Shown here: positions 47,127-57,459 of the stretch, piece after piece | Numbering within the stretch: position 1 is the stretch's first letter | Layout: every line of letters begins with the position of its first letter | Assembly: GCA_031409655.1 (NCBI GenBank) | Contig: JANNXQ010000194.1 | Location: 15,192-79,191 of the forward strand | Direction: 5' to 3' | Source of the DNA: Chthoniobacteraceae bacterium | GTDB taxonomy: Bacteria; Verrucomicrobiota; Verrucomicrobiia; Chthoniobacterales; Chthoniobacteraceae | Length of the DNA stretch: 64,000 bases | Translations under genes and position numbers: made by a program | Notes under the pieces: generated by a model | Database searches by the model: none | What the model was told of the DNA's origin: nothing | Seen by the model: only the letters and a program-made list of their open reading frames with translations

Positions 47127-47969
47127 ATGATTCGCAAGAGACTTCTCCGCTCGTCGGCGATCCTCGCTTGTACCATCGCTAGCGTCGCCTCCCCAGACAC
47201 CGCCCGCTCCCAGTCCGAACTCGCCTCCATCTCGTATGGCGATATGCGGACGTTGCGGCTGGATGTGGGCCGCTACCCTTGGAAGCGCGCAATCGTGACG
47301 ACGACATTCTGGGTGGGCGAGGAGCCGACGGCGAACAACCCGATGCCGAATCACTTCAGCGCCTGGGATAAAAACTGGCGCCGGAACTACGGCGGCACCG
47401 ACCACCCGTCGGAGCGCGCGAATCTTCTCCCCGCGAAATTCACCCCGAAGCAAAACCCTTTCTACATCGCGCTGCCATATAACGATTGCACCATCGAAGG
47501 CTACAAACCGGAGGCTGCGAGCGTGATCCCCTGGTTCAAGGATGGACCGCTGGCGGGCTCGAAACGGTCCGTGCTCAAGGGCCGCTGGGTGGCCATCCGC
47601 AGTCGGCATCGCGTGGCCTATGCGCAGTGGGAAGATGCAGGCCCTTTCCGCACGGATCACTGGCAGTACGTTTTTGGAAATGAACGCCCGAAGCCGAACC
47701 TGAACAAAGGCGCCGGCCTCGATATCTCGCCCGCGGTGCGCGATTTCCTCGGCGTCGGCGATACTTCCGTGACCGATTGGCGATTCGTGGATTTCGCGGA
47801 CGTGCCGCCCGGACCGTGGTCGGATCACGGGGACAACAACACCTTCGTGCAGCAGAAACGCGGCAGCGCCAACGCGCGCAATCACCTCACGGTGCTGGCG
47901 GAAAGGTATCTCCCGGTGATCATGGATTTGGGACGCGGCGGGCTGCCGTTGGGTTCCGGCGGGCAGTGA
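47127..47969 (+). CDS. Exported conserved protein, probable RlpA/expansin-like double-psi beta-barrel
   Basis: Signal peptide; AQWEDAGPF ... GLDISPAVRDFLG parallels the RlpA motifs INDRGPF ... IDLSxxAAxxLG. Confidence 0.6.
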   Translation: MIRKRLLRSSAILACTIASVASPDTARSQSELASISYGDMRTLRLDVGRYPWKRAIVTTTFWVGEEPTANNPMPNHFSAWDKNWRRNYGGTDHPSERANLLPAKFTPKQNPFYIALPYNDCTIEGYKPEAASVIPWFKDGPLAGSKRSVLKGRWVAIRSRHRVAYAQWEDAGPFRTDHWQYVFGNERPKPNLNKGAGLDISPAVRDFLGVGDTSVTDWRFVDFADVPPGPWSDHGDNNTFVQQKRGSANARNHLTVLAERYLPVIMDLGRGGLPLGSGGQ

Positions 47970-48740
47970 ATGCGGATGCGCTTCTTGTTCCCCGCAGCAT
48001 TGCTGCTCGCGCTCCGCGGAGCTTCCGCTGCGGAGCCGCAGACTGCTGAAAGCCTTGGCTTCCGGCTCGTCTGGTCGGAGGAATTCACCGGCCTCACGCT
48101 CGACGCCACCCGCTGGAGTCCCGCCTTCGCGCCAGGCGTGCATCCGCTGGGCTGCAATGGGGAGCGGCAAAGTTACGCGCCTGAGAGTGCCTTCATCCGG
48201 GATGGTCTGCTCGTCCTCCGAGCGGAGCGAAAGGCGCGGGAAGGTGTGCCTTTCACGAGCGGGATGGTGGCGTCGCACGGGAAATTTAGCCAGCGCTACG
48301 GGTGCTTCGAGGCGCGGGTGAAATTGCCGCGAGGGCGCGGGCTGTGGCCGGCGTTTTGGCTGCTGCCGGAGAACCGTGTGTGGCCGCCGGAGATCGACAT
48401 CATGGAGCACAAGGGCCGGCTGCCCAACCACGTCTGGCTCACGCTCCACCTGCCGCAAGCTGGCACCTGGCAACCGAAGTCCGACTCGAAGGAATGGATC
48501 GGCCCTGATTTCACCGCCGACTTTCACACCTTTGCCGTCGAGTGGCGGCCCGGCAAGATGCGCTGGTTTGTGGATGGCGTGGAACGTCACGCCTTCCTCC
48601 ACCCCACGCCGGATCTGCCGATGTACCTCATCCTGAATCTCGCCGTGGGCGGACACTTCGATGGCGACCCGGACGCAGCGACGCCCTTCCCGAGCGAGAT
48701 GCTGGTCGATTGGGTGCGCGTTTACACGCCCGCCAAGTAG
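47970..48740 (+). CDS. Glycoside hydrolase family 16
   Basis: LVWSEEF, GLWPAFWLL, EIDIME catalytic motif, FHTFAVEW, ILNLAVGG, VDWVRVY. Confidence 0.93.
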   Translation: MRMRFLFPAALLLALRGASAAEPQTAESLGFRLVWSEEFTGLTLDATRWSPAFAPGVHPLGCNGERQSYAPESAFIRDGLLVLRAERKAREGVPFTSGMVASHGKFSQRYGCFEARVKLPRGRGLWPAFWLLPENRVWPPEIDIMEHKGRLPNHVWLTLHLPQAGTWQPKSDSKEWIGPDFTADFHTFAVEWRPGKMRWFVDGVERHAFLHPTPDLPMYLILNLAVGGHFDGDPDAATPFPSEMLVDWVRVYTPAK

Positions 48741-48788
48741 CCTCTGCCGGAGTGCTGGCCCCGCATCTGCTGATTCACGGGGTTCACC

Positions 48789-49277
48789 GTGTCCACCACT
48801 TCACCCATGACCGCGCTCGCGGGCATCCACATCTTCGCCGGTCTGCGCGACGAGGTGCTTGCCTCGCTCGCCCTGCGCTGCACGGAAATCCGCGCCGAGC
48901 AGGGCGACATGATCGTCGAGGAAAACGTGGTGGGCCGGGAAATCTACCTCATCGCCGAAGGCAGCGTGCGCATCGTGAGCCAGCTCGGGCTGCCGGGGGA
49001 AACGGTCCTGGCGGAACTTGGGGCGGGGGAGTTTTTCGGGGAGATGTCCGTCATCGAATGTTCGCGCCGCTCGGCCTCCGGCATCGCGACGGAGCCAAGC
49101 GTCCTCTACGCGCTTTCCAACACCGAGATCCACGCACTCTTCAAGCGCTGGCCGGATCAATTTTCCATCCTCATCCTGAATATCTCGCGCGACCTCTGCC
49201 GCCGACTGCGCGCGATGAACAAGCTCTTCGCCGCGGGGCAGGGCGCGAATTTGCTGGGCTGCGGCCCGAGCGTCTAG
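48789..49277 (+). CDS. Stand-alone cyclic nucleotide-binding domain protein
   Basis: IYLIAEGSVRI, GEFFGEMS, RRSAS. Confidence 0.85.
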   Translation: MSTTSPMTALAGIHIFAGLRDEVLASLALRCTEIRAEQGDMIVEENVVGREIYLIAEGSVRIVSQLGLPGETVLAELGAGEFFGEMSVIECSRRSASGIATEPSVLYALSNTEIHALFKRWPDQFSILILNISRDLCRRLRAMNKLFAAGQGANLLGCGPSV

Positions 49278-49361
49278 CGGGGAGCGTCGCCGACTGCGGG
49301 GCGTAAAATCGGACGGTGACGGCTAAGAGCCGAGTGGATACACGGATTCTCCCCGCACTCC

Positions 49362-52300
49362 ATGAAGCCCACACCCGCCCTCGCTTTCGCCCTCGCTGCC
49401 TGCGCTGCCCTCCAACCGCTGACCGTCATGGCCGAGCCAGAGTGGCTCTGGATTTCCAAGACCGGGCAAAAGGACGAGCGCGTGACTTTCCGGAAGAAGT
49501 TCGCGCTCCCGGCGGGCGAACTGAAGACCGCAACGTTCCAATACACCTGCGACAACGGTGCGGAGGCCTTCCTCAACGGCAAAGCGCTGCCGGCGAATCC
49601 CGACTGGCAGAAACCCACCACCGCGGAGGTGAAAAAGCAGCTCCTCGGCGGCGGCAATGAACTGGTCATCAAAGCGACGAACAAGTCGGGCTCCGCCGGG
49701 CTCGTCGCGAAGCTCGTCGTCGAGACCGCGGACCTGAAGCGCGTGATCGTCGAGACGGATGCGACGTGGGAGGTGACACCAACGGGCGCCGAAACCTGGA
49801 AGCCCGCGGTGAGTGTCGGCAAGTATGGCGGTGCGCCTTGGGGGAAGGCGCTCGACGGCGGAAAGACGGCGGCGAAGGCGGGCGGAAAGCCCAAGCGCGA
49901 AGTCTCGGAGGTGGCCATCGACGGCCAGGACATCGTCACCTTGCCCGGCTTCCAGGTCGAGCGGCTCTACGTGGTGCCGAAGGACACGCAAGGCTCCTGG
50001 GTCGCACTCACGCCGGATGCAAAAGGGCGCATCATCGCGTGCGATCAATACGGCGGGCTCTATCGGCTCTCCGTCCCGCCTGCGGGCACGAAAGGGGTGG
50101 CGCAGGTCGAGAAGCTGAAGACGGAAATCGCCGGTGCGCACGGGCTGCTCTACGCCTTCGACAGCCTCTACTTCATGAAAAACGAGCAGGCCGGCACGCA
50201 CGGGCTCTACCGCCTGCGCGACACGGATGGGGACGATCAATTCGACGAAGTGAAACTGCTCCGCGAGATCAAGGGCGGCGGTGAGCACGGGCCGCACTCC
50301 ATCACCCTGAGCCCCGACGGGAAGAGCCTCTTCATTAACTGCGGAAATCACACCCAACTCCCGGAAAACATGGAGGTGAGCCGCGCCGCCCGGGCGTGGG
50401 GCGAAGATCACGTCATCGAGCGCATGTGGGACGCAAATGGCCACGCCCGCGGCATCCTCGCGCCCGGCGGTTACATCTGCAAAACGGACCCGGAGGGCAA
50501 AAAGTTTGAGCTCTTCTGCTCCGGCTTCCGCAATCAGTTCGACGCCGCCTTCAACGACCTCGGCGACCTCTTTACTTACGACTCCGACATGGAGTGGGAC
50601 ATCGGTTCACCGTGGTATCGCCCCACGCGGATCGACCATTGCGTGAGCGGCGGCGATTACGGCTGGCGCTCCGGCGCTGGCATGTGGCCTCCCTATTTTC
50701 CGGACTGCCTGCCTTCCGCGCTCGACATCGGTCCCGGTAGTCCGACCGGCGTGGGCAGCGGCGTGGGCGCGAAGTTCCCCGAGAAATATCAGCGCGCGAT
50801 TTTCGCCGCGGACTGGACCTACGGCACGATGTACGCGATCCACGCCGAGCCCGTCGGTGCGACCTACAAAGTCACGAAGGAGGAATTCGTGAGTGGCCGC
50901 CCGCTGCCGCTCACTGACCTTTTCATTCATCCGAAAGACGGCGCGATGTACTTCGCCATCGGCGGCCGCCGCAATCAATCCGCGCTCTATCGCGTGACCT
51001 ACACCGGCACGGAATCCACCGCGCCTGCGGCGAAACGCGAACCCACTGTCGAGGCCAAGCTGCGGATCGAACTGGAAGCCCTGCACCTCGAAGGCACCGG
51101 CCCGGAAGCCATCGACAAAGCGCTGCCCAAGCTTGGGCACCCCGACCGTTTCGTCCGCTACGCCGCGCGCGTGGCTCTGGAGCGCCAGCCCGCCGCGCAG
51201 TGGGCGGAGAAAGCGCTCGCGATGCGCGACCCGAACGCGACCATCGAGACCGTGGTCGGCCTTGCCCGCGTCGGCGATCCCGCGCTGCGCGATCGGCTTC
51301 TCGAAAAGCTCGGGGAAATCGCCGAAGCGAATCTGACCCGCGATCAGGCGCTCGGCGCCGTGCGCGCGTTGCAGCTCATCATCACGCGCCTCGGCAAACC
51401 CGAAGGCGAAATGCTCACCGGCGTACTCACACATCTCGACCAAGTCTATCCCACGCCCGATCAGACGATGAACCGCGAGCTTTGCCAGACCCTCGTCGCC
51501 CTCGGCTCCACGAGCGTGGTCTCGAAGACCGTGCAGCTCATGGCCACCGCCGCGGATGACTTTGAAGACATCGCCACCGACAGCCTGCTCAAACGCAACG
51601 ACCGCTACGCCTCGGCGGTGAATGCAGCCACCGCGAGCCGCCCGAATCGCCAGCAAATCTGGCTCGCCTACTGCCTGCGCGAAGCCACCGTTGGCTGGAC
51701 GCCCGAGCTCCACCGGAGCTTCTTCTCGTGGTTCCCGCGCACCGGAAAATGGAAGGGCGGAAACAGCTTCCGCGGCTTCCTCAACAACATCCGCAAGGAG
51801 GCGCTGGAAAATGTGGCCGACACCACGGAACGCACCGCACTCGATACGCTGAGCGCGCAACTCGACGTGGCGCCGATCGCCAACGCCCGCCCCGCCCAAG
51901 GCCCCGGTCGCAACTGGTCAGTGGACGAGGTAGTCGCGCTGACGAAGGACGGCTTCCACGGCCGCGACTTCGAGAACGGCAAGGCCATGTATGCCACGAC
52001 GATGTGCGCGACGTGCCACCGCTTTGCCGGCGACGGCGGCAGCATCGGCCCCGATCTCACGGGCTCCGGCGCGCGCTATACCATGCGCGATTTCATGGAA
52101 AACATCGTCACCCCGAGCAAGGTCATCTCGGATCAATACGAGTCGCACGAGATCACGAAAAAGGACGGCAGCACCGTGATCGGCCGCGTGATTGTCGAAG
52201 AGAACGGGAAAGTCTTCGTCGCGATCAACCCCTTCGCCCCGCAGGACACCCTGGCGATCGACGAGAAAGAGATCGCGAGCCGCAAGCCTTACGCCATCTC

Positions 52301-52406
52301 GATGATGCCACCCGGGATGATCAATGCCCTGAACCCGCAAGAACTCCTCGACCTGCTCGCCTACGTGATGACCGGCGGCAATGCGCAGGATCAGGCGTTC
52401 AAGTAA
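49362..52406 (+). CDS. PVC-type heme-binding glucose/sorbosone dehydrogenase-like protein
   Basis: Signal peptide, carbohydrate-binding-like N-terminus, propeller (RDTDGDD, GEHGPH, GFRN, GGDYGW), HEAT-like repeats, C-terminal CATCH...GPDLT...SMMP. Confidence 0.88.
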   Translation: MKPTPALAFALAACAALQPLTVMAEPEWLWISKTGQKDERVTFRKKFALPAGELKTATFQYTCDNGAEAFLNGKALPANPDWQKPTTAEVKKQLLGGGNELVIKATNKSGSAGLVAKLVVETADLKRVIVETDATWEVTPTGAETWKPAVSVGKYGGAPWGKALDGGKTAAKAGGKPKREVSEVAIDGQDIVTLPGFQVERLYVVPKDTQGSWVALTPDAKGRIIACDQYGGLYRLSVPPAGTKGVAQVEKLKTEIAGAHGLLYAFDSLYFMKNEQAGTHGLYRLRDTDGDDQFDEVKLLREIKGGGEHGPHSITLSPDGKSLFINCGNHTQLPENMEVSRAARAWGEDHVIERMWDANGHARGILAPGGYICKTDPEGKKFELFCSGFRNQFDAAFNDLGDLFTYDSDMEWDIGSPWYRPTRIDHCVSGGDYGWRSGAGMWPPYFPDCLPSALDIGPGSPTGVGSGVGAKFPEKYQRAIFAADWTYGTMYAIHAEPVGATYKVTKEEFVSGRPLPLTDLFIHPKDGAMYFAIGGRRNQSALYRVTYTGTESTAPAAKREPTVEAKLRIELEALHLEGTGPEAIDKALPKLGHPDRFVRYAARVALERQPAAQWAEKALAMRDPNATIETVVGLARVGDPALRDRLLEKLGEIAEANLTRDQALGAVRALQLIITRLGKPEGEMLTGVLTHLDQVYPTPDQTMNRELCQTLVALGSTSVVSKTVQLMATAADDFEDIATDSLLKRNDRYASAVNAATASRPNRQQIWLAYCLREATVGWTPELHRSFFSWFPRTGKWKGGNSFRGFLNNIRKEALENVADTTERTALDTLSAQLDVAPIANARPAQGPGRNWSVDEVVALTKDGFHGRDFENGKAMYATTMCATCHRFAGDGGSIGPDLTGSGARYTMRDFMENIVTPSKVISDQYESHEITKKDGSTVIGRVIVEENGKVFVAINPFAPQDTLAIDEKEIASRKPYAISMMPPGMINALNPQELLDLLAYVMTGGNAQDQAFK

Positions 52407-52424
52407 GGGTGGAGGGCGCGCGCT

Positions 52425-53693
52425 TCAGCGCCGCGCCTTTTCGTAGTGCTCGCGCAAGCCTTCCGCCAGCGCATCGGCGTATTCGCGGTAGATGCTCTTG
52501 CGGAGCGCTCCGGCGCTGAGCTTCCAGCCCTCGTAATCCCCGGCCTGCACGCGTTCCCACACCTCCTGGCTATTCATCACGTAAGGCTCCAGAAAGAGCA
52601 CCGGCGCCCGGTAGAGCCGGTTCGCGAGAAGATTCCGCGCCCACACGTAGGGCGTCGCTCCGACCCGCACGGCATTGGGCGTAGTGTAGGCATACGGGGG
52701 TAAGTGCGTGGCCCCGGCCAGCACCGTGGCCACGGTTTCGGAGGCGGCAAGTTCCTCGGGATAGCTGCGACTGAGCAGCTTCAGCAGCATCTCGAAGCGC
52801 ACATCATCGTTGCGCAATTCGCCCGCTGAGTACGAGCCGTTCACCAGCAGATGCAGATGATTCCGCGGCACAAATTTCGGCTTCGCCGGGTCCCCACCCC
52901 AATCCTCGGCATTGAAGTGCAGGCACAGCACCAGGTCCGGCCGCAGTTTTTCATTCACGATCTGGGCGCGGCGGCGGATTTCGCTGATGCGGTAGAAGAG
53001 AATCTCGCTCTGCCACTGGACGCTTGCGCCGCGGGTCGGGTCGTCGATCTGCTCCGGATTGTAAGTCTCGTGCGGCGCGGCCACCCCGAGCCGGATGAGT
53101 TCCTCGCGTGCGGCCTCGCGCAAGGTCTCAGGCCGATCCGGCGTCGTCGGCTCCAGGGAAGTGCGCAGGAGCGTGACCTCGGCACCGAGTTTCTTGAGCT
53201 GGGGCGCGAGGAGTTCGGCCACCCGCAAAGTCATGTCGCCCTCCTTCACCGGTGCGGAATTCCCGATCTGGAAAAAACGCTCCTCCATCCGCGCCCACGC
53301 GCCGCCGAGATGTCCGGGATCAATCGCGATTTTCATCCCCGCGAGCGCCTTCCCCTTTGGCGCGCGGCCCAGCGCGGAAGCCGGACGCCACGCGCGCGGC
53401 ACCTTTTTCGCCGAAGGCGTGTCCTCCGCAAAACGCAGCAGGAAATCCGTGGGCGGGGTGAGCGCCACCTTGATCCGCGCCCCATCCGGCTCCACGTCCA
53501 CGAGCCCTTTCGCCGCCTCGCCCGGCGCGTAATGCGTCTCCAGCAGCCGGGCGAATTCCCCGCGCGTGATGGTCTCCTGAAAGGCCTCCAGCTGCACCCA
53601 ATCCGGTCGCTCCCCCAGAACGCTGAGGCGCTGCGCCGGGGCCGGGCACACTGCGCAAAGGAGGACGATCAGGACGGATAGGAAGCGGTTCAT
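52425..53693 (-). CDS. N-acetylmuramoyl-L-alanine amidase (Amidase_3-like)
   Basis: Signal peptide; IAIDPGHLGG, KEGDMTL, LCLHFNA, LFLEPYVMN. Confidence 0.75.
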   Translation of the reverse strand: MNRFLSVLIVLLCAVCPAPAQRLSVLGERPDWVQLEAFQETITRGEFARLLETHYAPGEAAKGLVDVEPDGARIKVALTPPTDFLLRFAEDTPSAKKVPRAWRPASALGRAPKGKALAGMKIAIDPGHLGGAWARMEERFFQIGNSAPVKEGDMTLRVAELLAPQLKKLGAEVTLLRTSLEPTTPDRPETLREAAREELIRLGVAAPHETYNPEQIDDPTRGASVQWQSEILFYRISEIRRRAQIVNEKLRPDLVLCLHFNAEDWGGDPAKPKFVPRNHLHLLVNGSYSAGELRNDDVRFEMLLKLLSRSYPEELAASETVATVLAGATHLPPYAYTTPNAVRVGATPYVWARNLLANRLYRAPVLFLEPYVMNSQEVWERVQAGDYEGWKLSAGALRKSIYREYADALAEGLREHYEKARR

Positions 53694-53748
53694 GAGGGTG
53701 CTCACGGAGATACACGGAAGCTGGCGGAATGCCGCGCAGAATCGCCGC

Positions 53749-53871
53749 CCGGGAGCGCCGCCGTCCCGTGCGGCCTCGGGCCAGCCCGCGCAGCGCCATC
53801 TTTTCCGCCCCAGAAGTGGCTTGGCGCTGCGCGCAGGGGCACGAAGCCGCACGGGACGGCAGCGCTCCCGG
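53749..53871. repeat. REP-like palindrome, family GGGAGCGCCGCCGTC, copy 1
   Basis: CCGGGAGCGCCGCCGTCCCGTGCGGC ... GCCGCACGGGACGGCAGCGCTCCCGG. Confidence 0.85.
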
Positions 53872-53918
53872 ACACGCTTCGTGGTGACAACCACCGGGGA
53901 ATCCGCAATCGTCCGCGG

Positions 53919-54713
53919 ATGTTGAAACTCCTTTTTCTCGGCGACGTCGTGGGCGAGCCGGGACGCAAGGCGGTCATCGACATGGTGCCGAAGTTCAAAG
54001 CCGAGCGGGGCGTGGACTTCGTGGTGATCAATGGCGAGAACTCCGCCAACGGGCGCGGCATCACGCCGAAGATCACCATCGACCTGCTCCGCGCCGGCGC
54101 CGCCGTCATCACGAGCGGCGATCATATTTGGGATCAAAAGGAGATCGTTCATTTCATGCCCACAGAGCCGCGGCTGTTGCGACCGATCAACTATCCGGCA
54201 GGCACGCCGGGTCAGGGCTCCATCGTCCTCGAGACCCCGAAAGGCAAAGTGGGCGTGATCAATGTGCAGGCGCGCACCTTCATGAATCCGCCGCTCGATA
54301 ATCCCTTCCTCGTCATCGAAGAGGAGGTCGAGCGGATGCGCGCGGAGACGCCGGTGATCTTCGTCGATGTGCATGGTGAGACGACCAGCGAGCGGATCGC
54401 CATGGGCCGCTTTCTGGACGGACGCGTCTCCGCCGTCGTCGGCACGCACACCCACACGCAGACCGCCGATGAGCAGATCTTCCCCGGCGGCACCGCTTTC
54501 CTCTGCGACGCCGGCATGTGCGGCCCGAGCGAGAGCATCCTCGGCCGCGAGATCGCCCCGATCATCGACCGCTTCCTGACCAGCCGGCCCGTCGCCTTTC
54601 CAGTGGCGCGCGGCCCGGTGAAAATCCACGGCGCGCTTATCGAGATCGACGAGACGACCGGGCGCGCGTTGAAGATCGAGCGCGTCGCGGAGTTCCACCA
54701 ACCAGCCGTCTGA
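53919..54713 (+). CDS. YmdB/TIGR00282 metallophosphoesterase
   Basis: LFLGDVVGEPGR, NGENSANG, TSGDHIWD, RPINY, DVHGETTSE, GTHTHTQTAD, DAGMCGP. Confidence 0.93.
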   Translation: MLKLLFLGDVVGEPGRKAVIDMVPKFKAERGVDFVVINGENSANGRGITPKITIDLLRAGAAVITSGDHIWDQKEIVHFMPTEPRLLRPINYPAGTPGQGSIVLETPKGKVGVINVQARTFMNPPLDNPFLVIEEEVERMRAETPVIFVDVHGETTSERIAMGRFLDGRVSAVVGTHTHTQTADEQIFPGGTAFLCDAGMCGPSESILGREIAPIIDRFLTSRPVAFPVARGPVKIHGALIEIDETTGRALKIERVAEFHQPAV

Positions 54714-54717
54714 CCTG

Positions 54718-56226
54718 ATGTCCCTCCCCCTCCCAGGCTCGGACACCCTCCTCGTCGAGGCGATCGCCATCCCCGTCGTTTACCTCGTGGTCGTGGCCTT
54801 CGGGCGCTGGCTGAAGCGCCACCAGCGCGTGCCGCTCGGCTTCGGCTTTCAGCTTTTCGCCATCGCTCTCGCCCTCTGGCTCCCGCTCTACCTCACGGGT
54901 TTCGATTTTCCAAATCGCCCCGCGGTCATGCGCGCCCTCAGTGCGGCCGTCGGGTTGCTCGGCGCGCTTTTCGGCATCGCGCTGCTGGAGCGTTACTTCT
55001 GGGAAGGCTGGTTCCCGCGCAAACAACAGGTGCCGGCGCCGAAGTTTCTCCGCCAGATTGTTGCCCTCGTTTTCTTCGTCATCGTCGCGCTCGGCGTCCT
55101 CCAGTTCATTTTGCAAAAGGACATCTCCGCCGCGCTCACGGCCTCCGGCGTGGTCGCGGTGGTCCTCGGCTTTGCGATGCAGGAAACGCTCGCCAATATC
55201 ATCTCCGGCATCGCCCTCGAGATCGGCAAACCCTTCAAGACCGGCGACTGGCTGATCGTCGAAGGCCAGCATGCCGAGGTCATCGAAGTCAACTGGCGCT
55301 CCACCCGCCTGCGGACCAACGACGACATCTACCTCGACATCCCGAACAAGACGATCGTCGGCACCACGATCACGAATCTGACCTACCCGACGAGGCAGCA
55401 CGCCATCCGGATCCTCGTCGGCTTCGACTACAATACCCCGCCAAATTTCGTGAAGGACTGCATGGTGCGCGCCGCGAGCAACGCCTCCGGCGTCCTCCAG
55501 CAACCGCCGCCAAAGGTCTTTCTGAAAGACTTCGGCGAGTCCGCGATCACGTACGAAATCAAGTTCACGATGGAGGACGAGGCGCGCTTCAACGAAATCA
55601 CCGACTCGATCCGCACCAACGTCTGGTACGAAGCGCAGCGGCACGGCATCCGCATCCCTTTCCCCATCCGCACCCTGCACATCGAGCGCCCAAAGGCGAA
55701 ACCCGAAGACGCGCTCAGTGCCGCGCGCCACAGCGTGCGCCGACAGCCGATCCTGCAATTGCTCGACGAAGCCCAACTCGACAAACTCTTCGTCCACGCG
55801 CGGCTCCAGCAGTTTGGCCGCGGGGAGAAAGTCATCGAACAAGGCTCCCAAGGCGACTCCATGTTCATCCTGCTCACCGGCGAAGCCGACGTCTGCGTGC
55901 AGACGAATGCGGTCGAAACCCGCGTGGCCACGCTCCATGCCGGCGACGCCTTTGGCGAGATGTCGCTCCTCACTGGCGAGCCCCGCAGCGCCACCGTGAT
56001 CGCGCGCCGCGACTGCGAGCTGTGGGAAATCGACAAGGCCACGCTCGGCGAAATCCTTCAGGAAAACGAAGCCCTGGTGCAGCGCCTCGGCGAAATGCTC
56101 GCCCAACGCACCCTCGAAAACGAAGGCGCACGGGCCTCCGCCGCGAACCCCCAGGAGATGCAGACCAAGCAGCGCGAGTACACGCAAGGTTTCCTGCGCA
56201 AGCTCTCGGCGTTCTTTGAGCTGTGA
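54718..56226 (+). CDS. MscS-family mechanosensitive channel with C-terminal cNMP-binding domain
   Basis: GFAMQETLANIISG, PFKTGDW, WRSTRLRT, IPFP; then QGSQGDSMF...FGEMSLLTGEPRSAT. Confidence 0.92.
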   Translation: MSLPLPGSDTLLVEAIAIPVVYLVVVAFGRWLKRHQRVPLGFGFQLFAIALALWLPLYLTGFDFPNRPAVMRALSAAVGLLGALFGIALLERYFWEGWFPRKQQVPAPKFLRQIVALVFFVIVALGVLQFILQKDISAALTASGVVAVVLGFAMQETLANIISGIALEIGKPFKTGDWLIVEGQHAEVIEVNWRSTRLRTNDDIYLDIPNKTIVGTTITNLTYPTRQHAIRILVGFDYNTPPNFVKDCMVRAASNASGVLQQPPPKVFLKDFGESAITYEIKFTMEDEARFNEITDSIRTNVWYEAQRHGIRIPFPIRTLHIERPKAKPEDALSAARHSVRRQPILQLLDEAQLDKLFVHARLQQFGRGEKVIEQGSQGDSMFILLTGEADVCVQTNAVETRVATLHAGDAFGEMSLLTGEPRSATVIARRDCELWEIDKATLGEILQENEALVQRLGEMLAQRTLENEGARASAANPQEMQTKQREYTQGFLRKLSAFFEL

Positions 56227-56236
56227 TTTGATCGCC

Positions 56237-56362
56237 GGGAGCGCCGCCGTCTCGTGCGGCATCATATTCCTCGCGCGCAGCGCCGCACCCCTCCACCTGG
56301 GTCCGAAGAGGTGCGCGCAGAGCGCGGTTGGGCAGGGTGCCGCACGGGACGGCGGCGCTCCC
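56237..56362. repeat. REP-like palindrome, family GGGAGCGCCGCCGTC, copy 2
   Basis: GGGAGCGCCGCCGTCTCGTGCGGCA ... TGCCGCACGGGACGGCGGCGCTCCC between convergent genes. Confidence 0.85.
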
Positions 56363-56373
56363 AGGCTCGGCCC

Positions 56374-57459
56374 TCAAAGCACCCCGCCCCCCGTTTGGCG
56401 GGCCGGTGGCCGGCGGAGGTTTTGCCAGGCAACCTGCGCGCTGAGCAGGGCGACGGCGATGTCGTCGAGGTTGCCGACGAAGGGGGTGGAATCGGGGATG
56501 AGATCGATGGGGGAAAGGATCCAGGCGAGGGCGATGGCGGCGAGGAGCAGGAGCTTCGGCACGCCAGCGATGAGCGCGAAGGTGTCGGCGGATTCGGGGC
56601 CGGTGCGGGCGGCGAGGGCTTTTCCGTCGGGGTCGGAGTAGAGTGCGGCGAGAGCGTCGCGGCGGACGAGCTGGCCGGCGACGCGGGCGAGGGCGTCGCG
56701 GGCGCGCGGGTCTTCGGGTTCGCAATGGAGCGCCGTGGCGACGGTGCCGAGGCATTCGCCTTCCGAGAGCGGCCGGCCCTCGGCGCGGAGGCGGCCCAGG
56801 AGCCGCACCTTGAGCTCGAGATCGCCGCGCACTGCGGAGTCGTGCTCACAGTGCTGGAAGACGCGCGTCCAGTAGTCGCGCTCCGCGGGATCGTCGTGCT
56901 GCGCCCAGAGCGCCAACGCCAGGCAGAGCGCACCGAGGAGCAGGGTGCCGGGGCGGGTGAAAGTGGGTGCGGTGACGCAGAGCGCGAGCGTGACGAAGGC
57001 GACGCCCACCAGCGTCGCCAGACCCGCCGGACGCGGCAGTGCGAGCGCGAGACAGACCGCGAGGAAGAGCAGGGCCACGCCTGGCGAGCTGATCGCGTCG
57101 AAGACCTGCGGCGGAATCCCACCAAGCAATCCGGCGCCCCATTTTGCGAGATCGCCGAGCTTGTCCAGCAGCGTCTCGCTCGCCGGATTCCGCGTGTAGA
57201 GGCGGCCGATGAGGAAGAAGACCGAGCAGAAAAACGCGCTATGTCCCGCGAGATCCACGGCGCGGCGCGGATCGCCGAAGAGCCGCCATTGCCAGCAGAG
57301 CGTGGTCGTGACGACGAAGGCAATAGCCAGAGCGGCGAGCGTCTGCGCCGGCACGAAGCGGCCCGCGAGACCCGTCTCCGCGAAGAAAAGGCAGGCGAGA
57401 AAGTGCAGGCCGAGCGCGGTCAGTGCCCGGGCTTTGCGAGTGAAGAAAAACGCGCTCAT
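56374..57459 (-). CDS. Multi-TM membrane protein with C-terminal DUF1232/YkvA domain
   Basis: Several TM helices; C-terminal ILSPIDLIPDSTPFVGNLDD. Confidence 0.78.
   Translation of the reverse strand: MSAFFFTRKARALTALGLHFLACLFFAETGLAGRFVPAQTLAALAIAFVVTTTLCWQWRLFGDPRRAVDLAGHSAFFCSVFFLIGRLYTRNPASETLLDKLGDLAKWGAGLLGGIPPQVFDAISSPGVALLFLAVCLALALPRPAGLATLVGVAFVTLALCVTAPTFTRPGTLLLGALCLALALWAQHDDPAERDYWTRVFQHCEHDSAVRGDLELKVRLLGRLRAEGRPLSEGECLGTVATALHCEPEDPRARDALARVAGQLVRRDALAALYSDPDGKALAARTGPESADTFALIAGVPKLLLLAAIALAWILSPIDLIPDSTPFVGNLDDIAVALLSAQVAWQNLRRPPARQTGGGVL

Noticed and set aside
52425..54770. 781-aa version of the amidase ORF
   Set aside because: The extension overlaps the YmdB-like gene antisense and a REP element; the signal peptide starts at 53693
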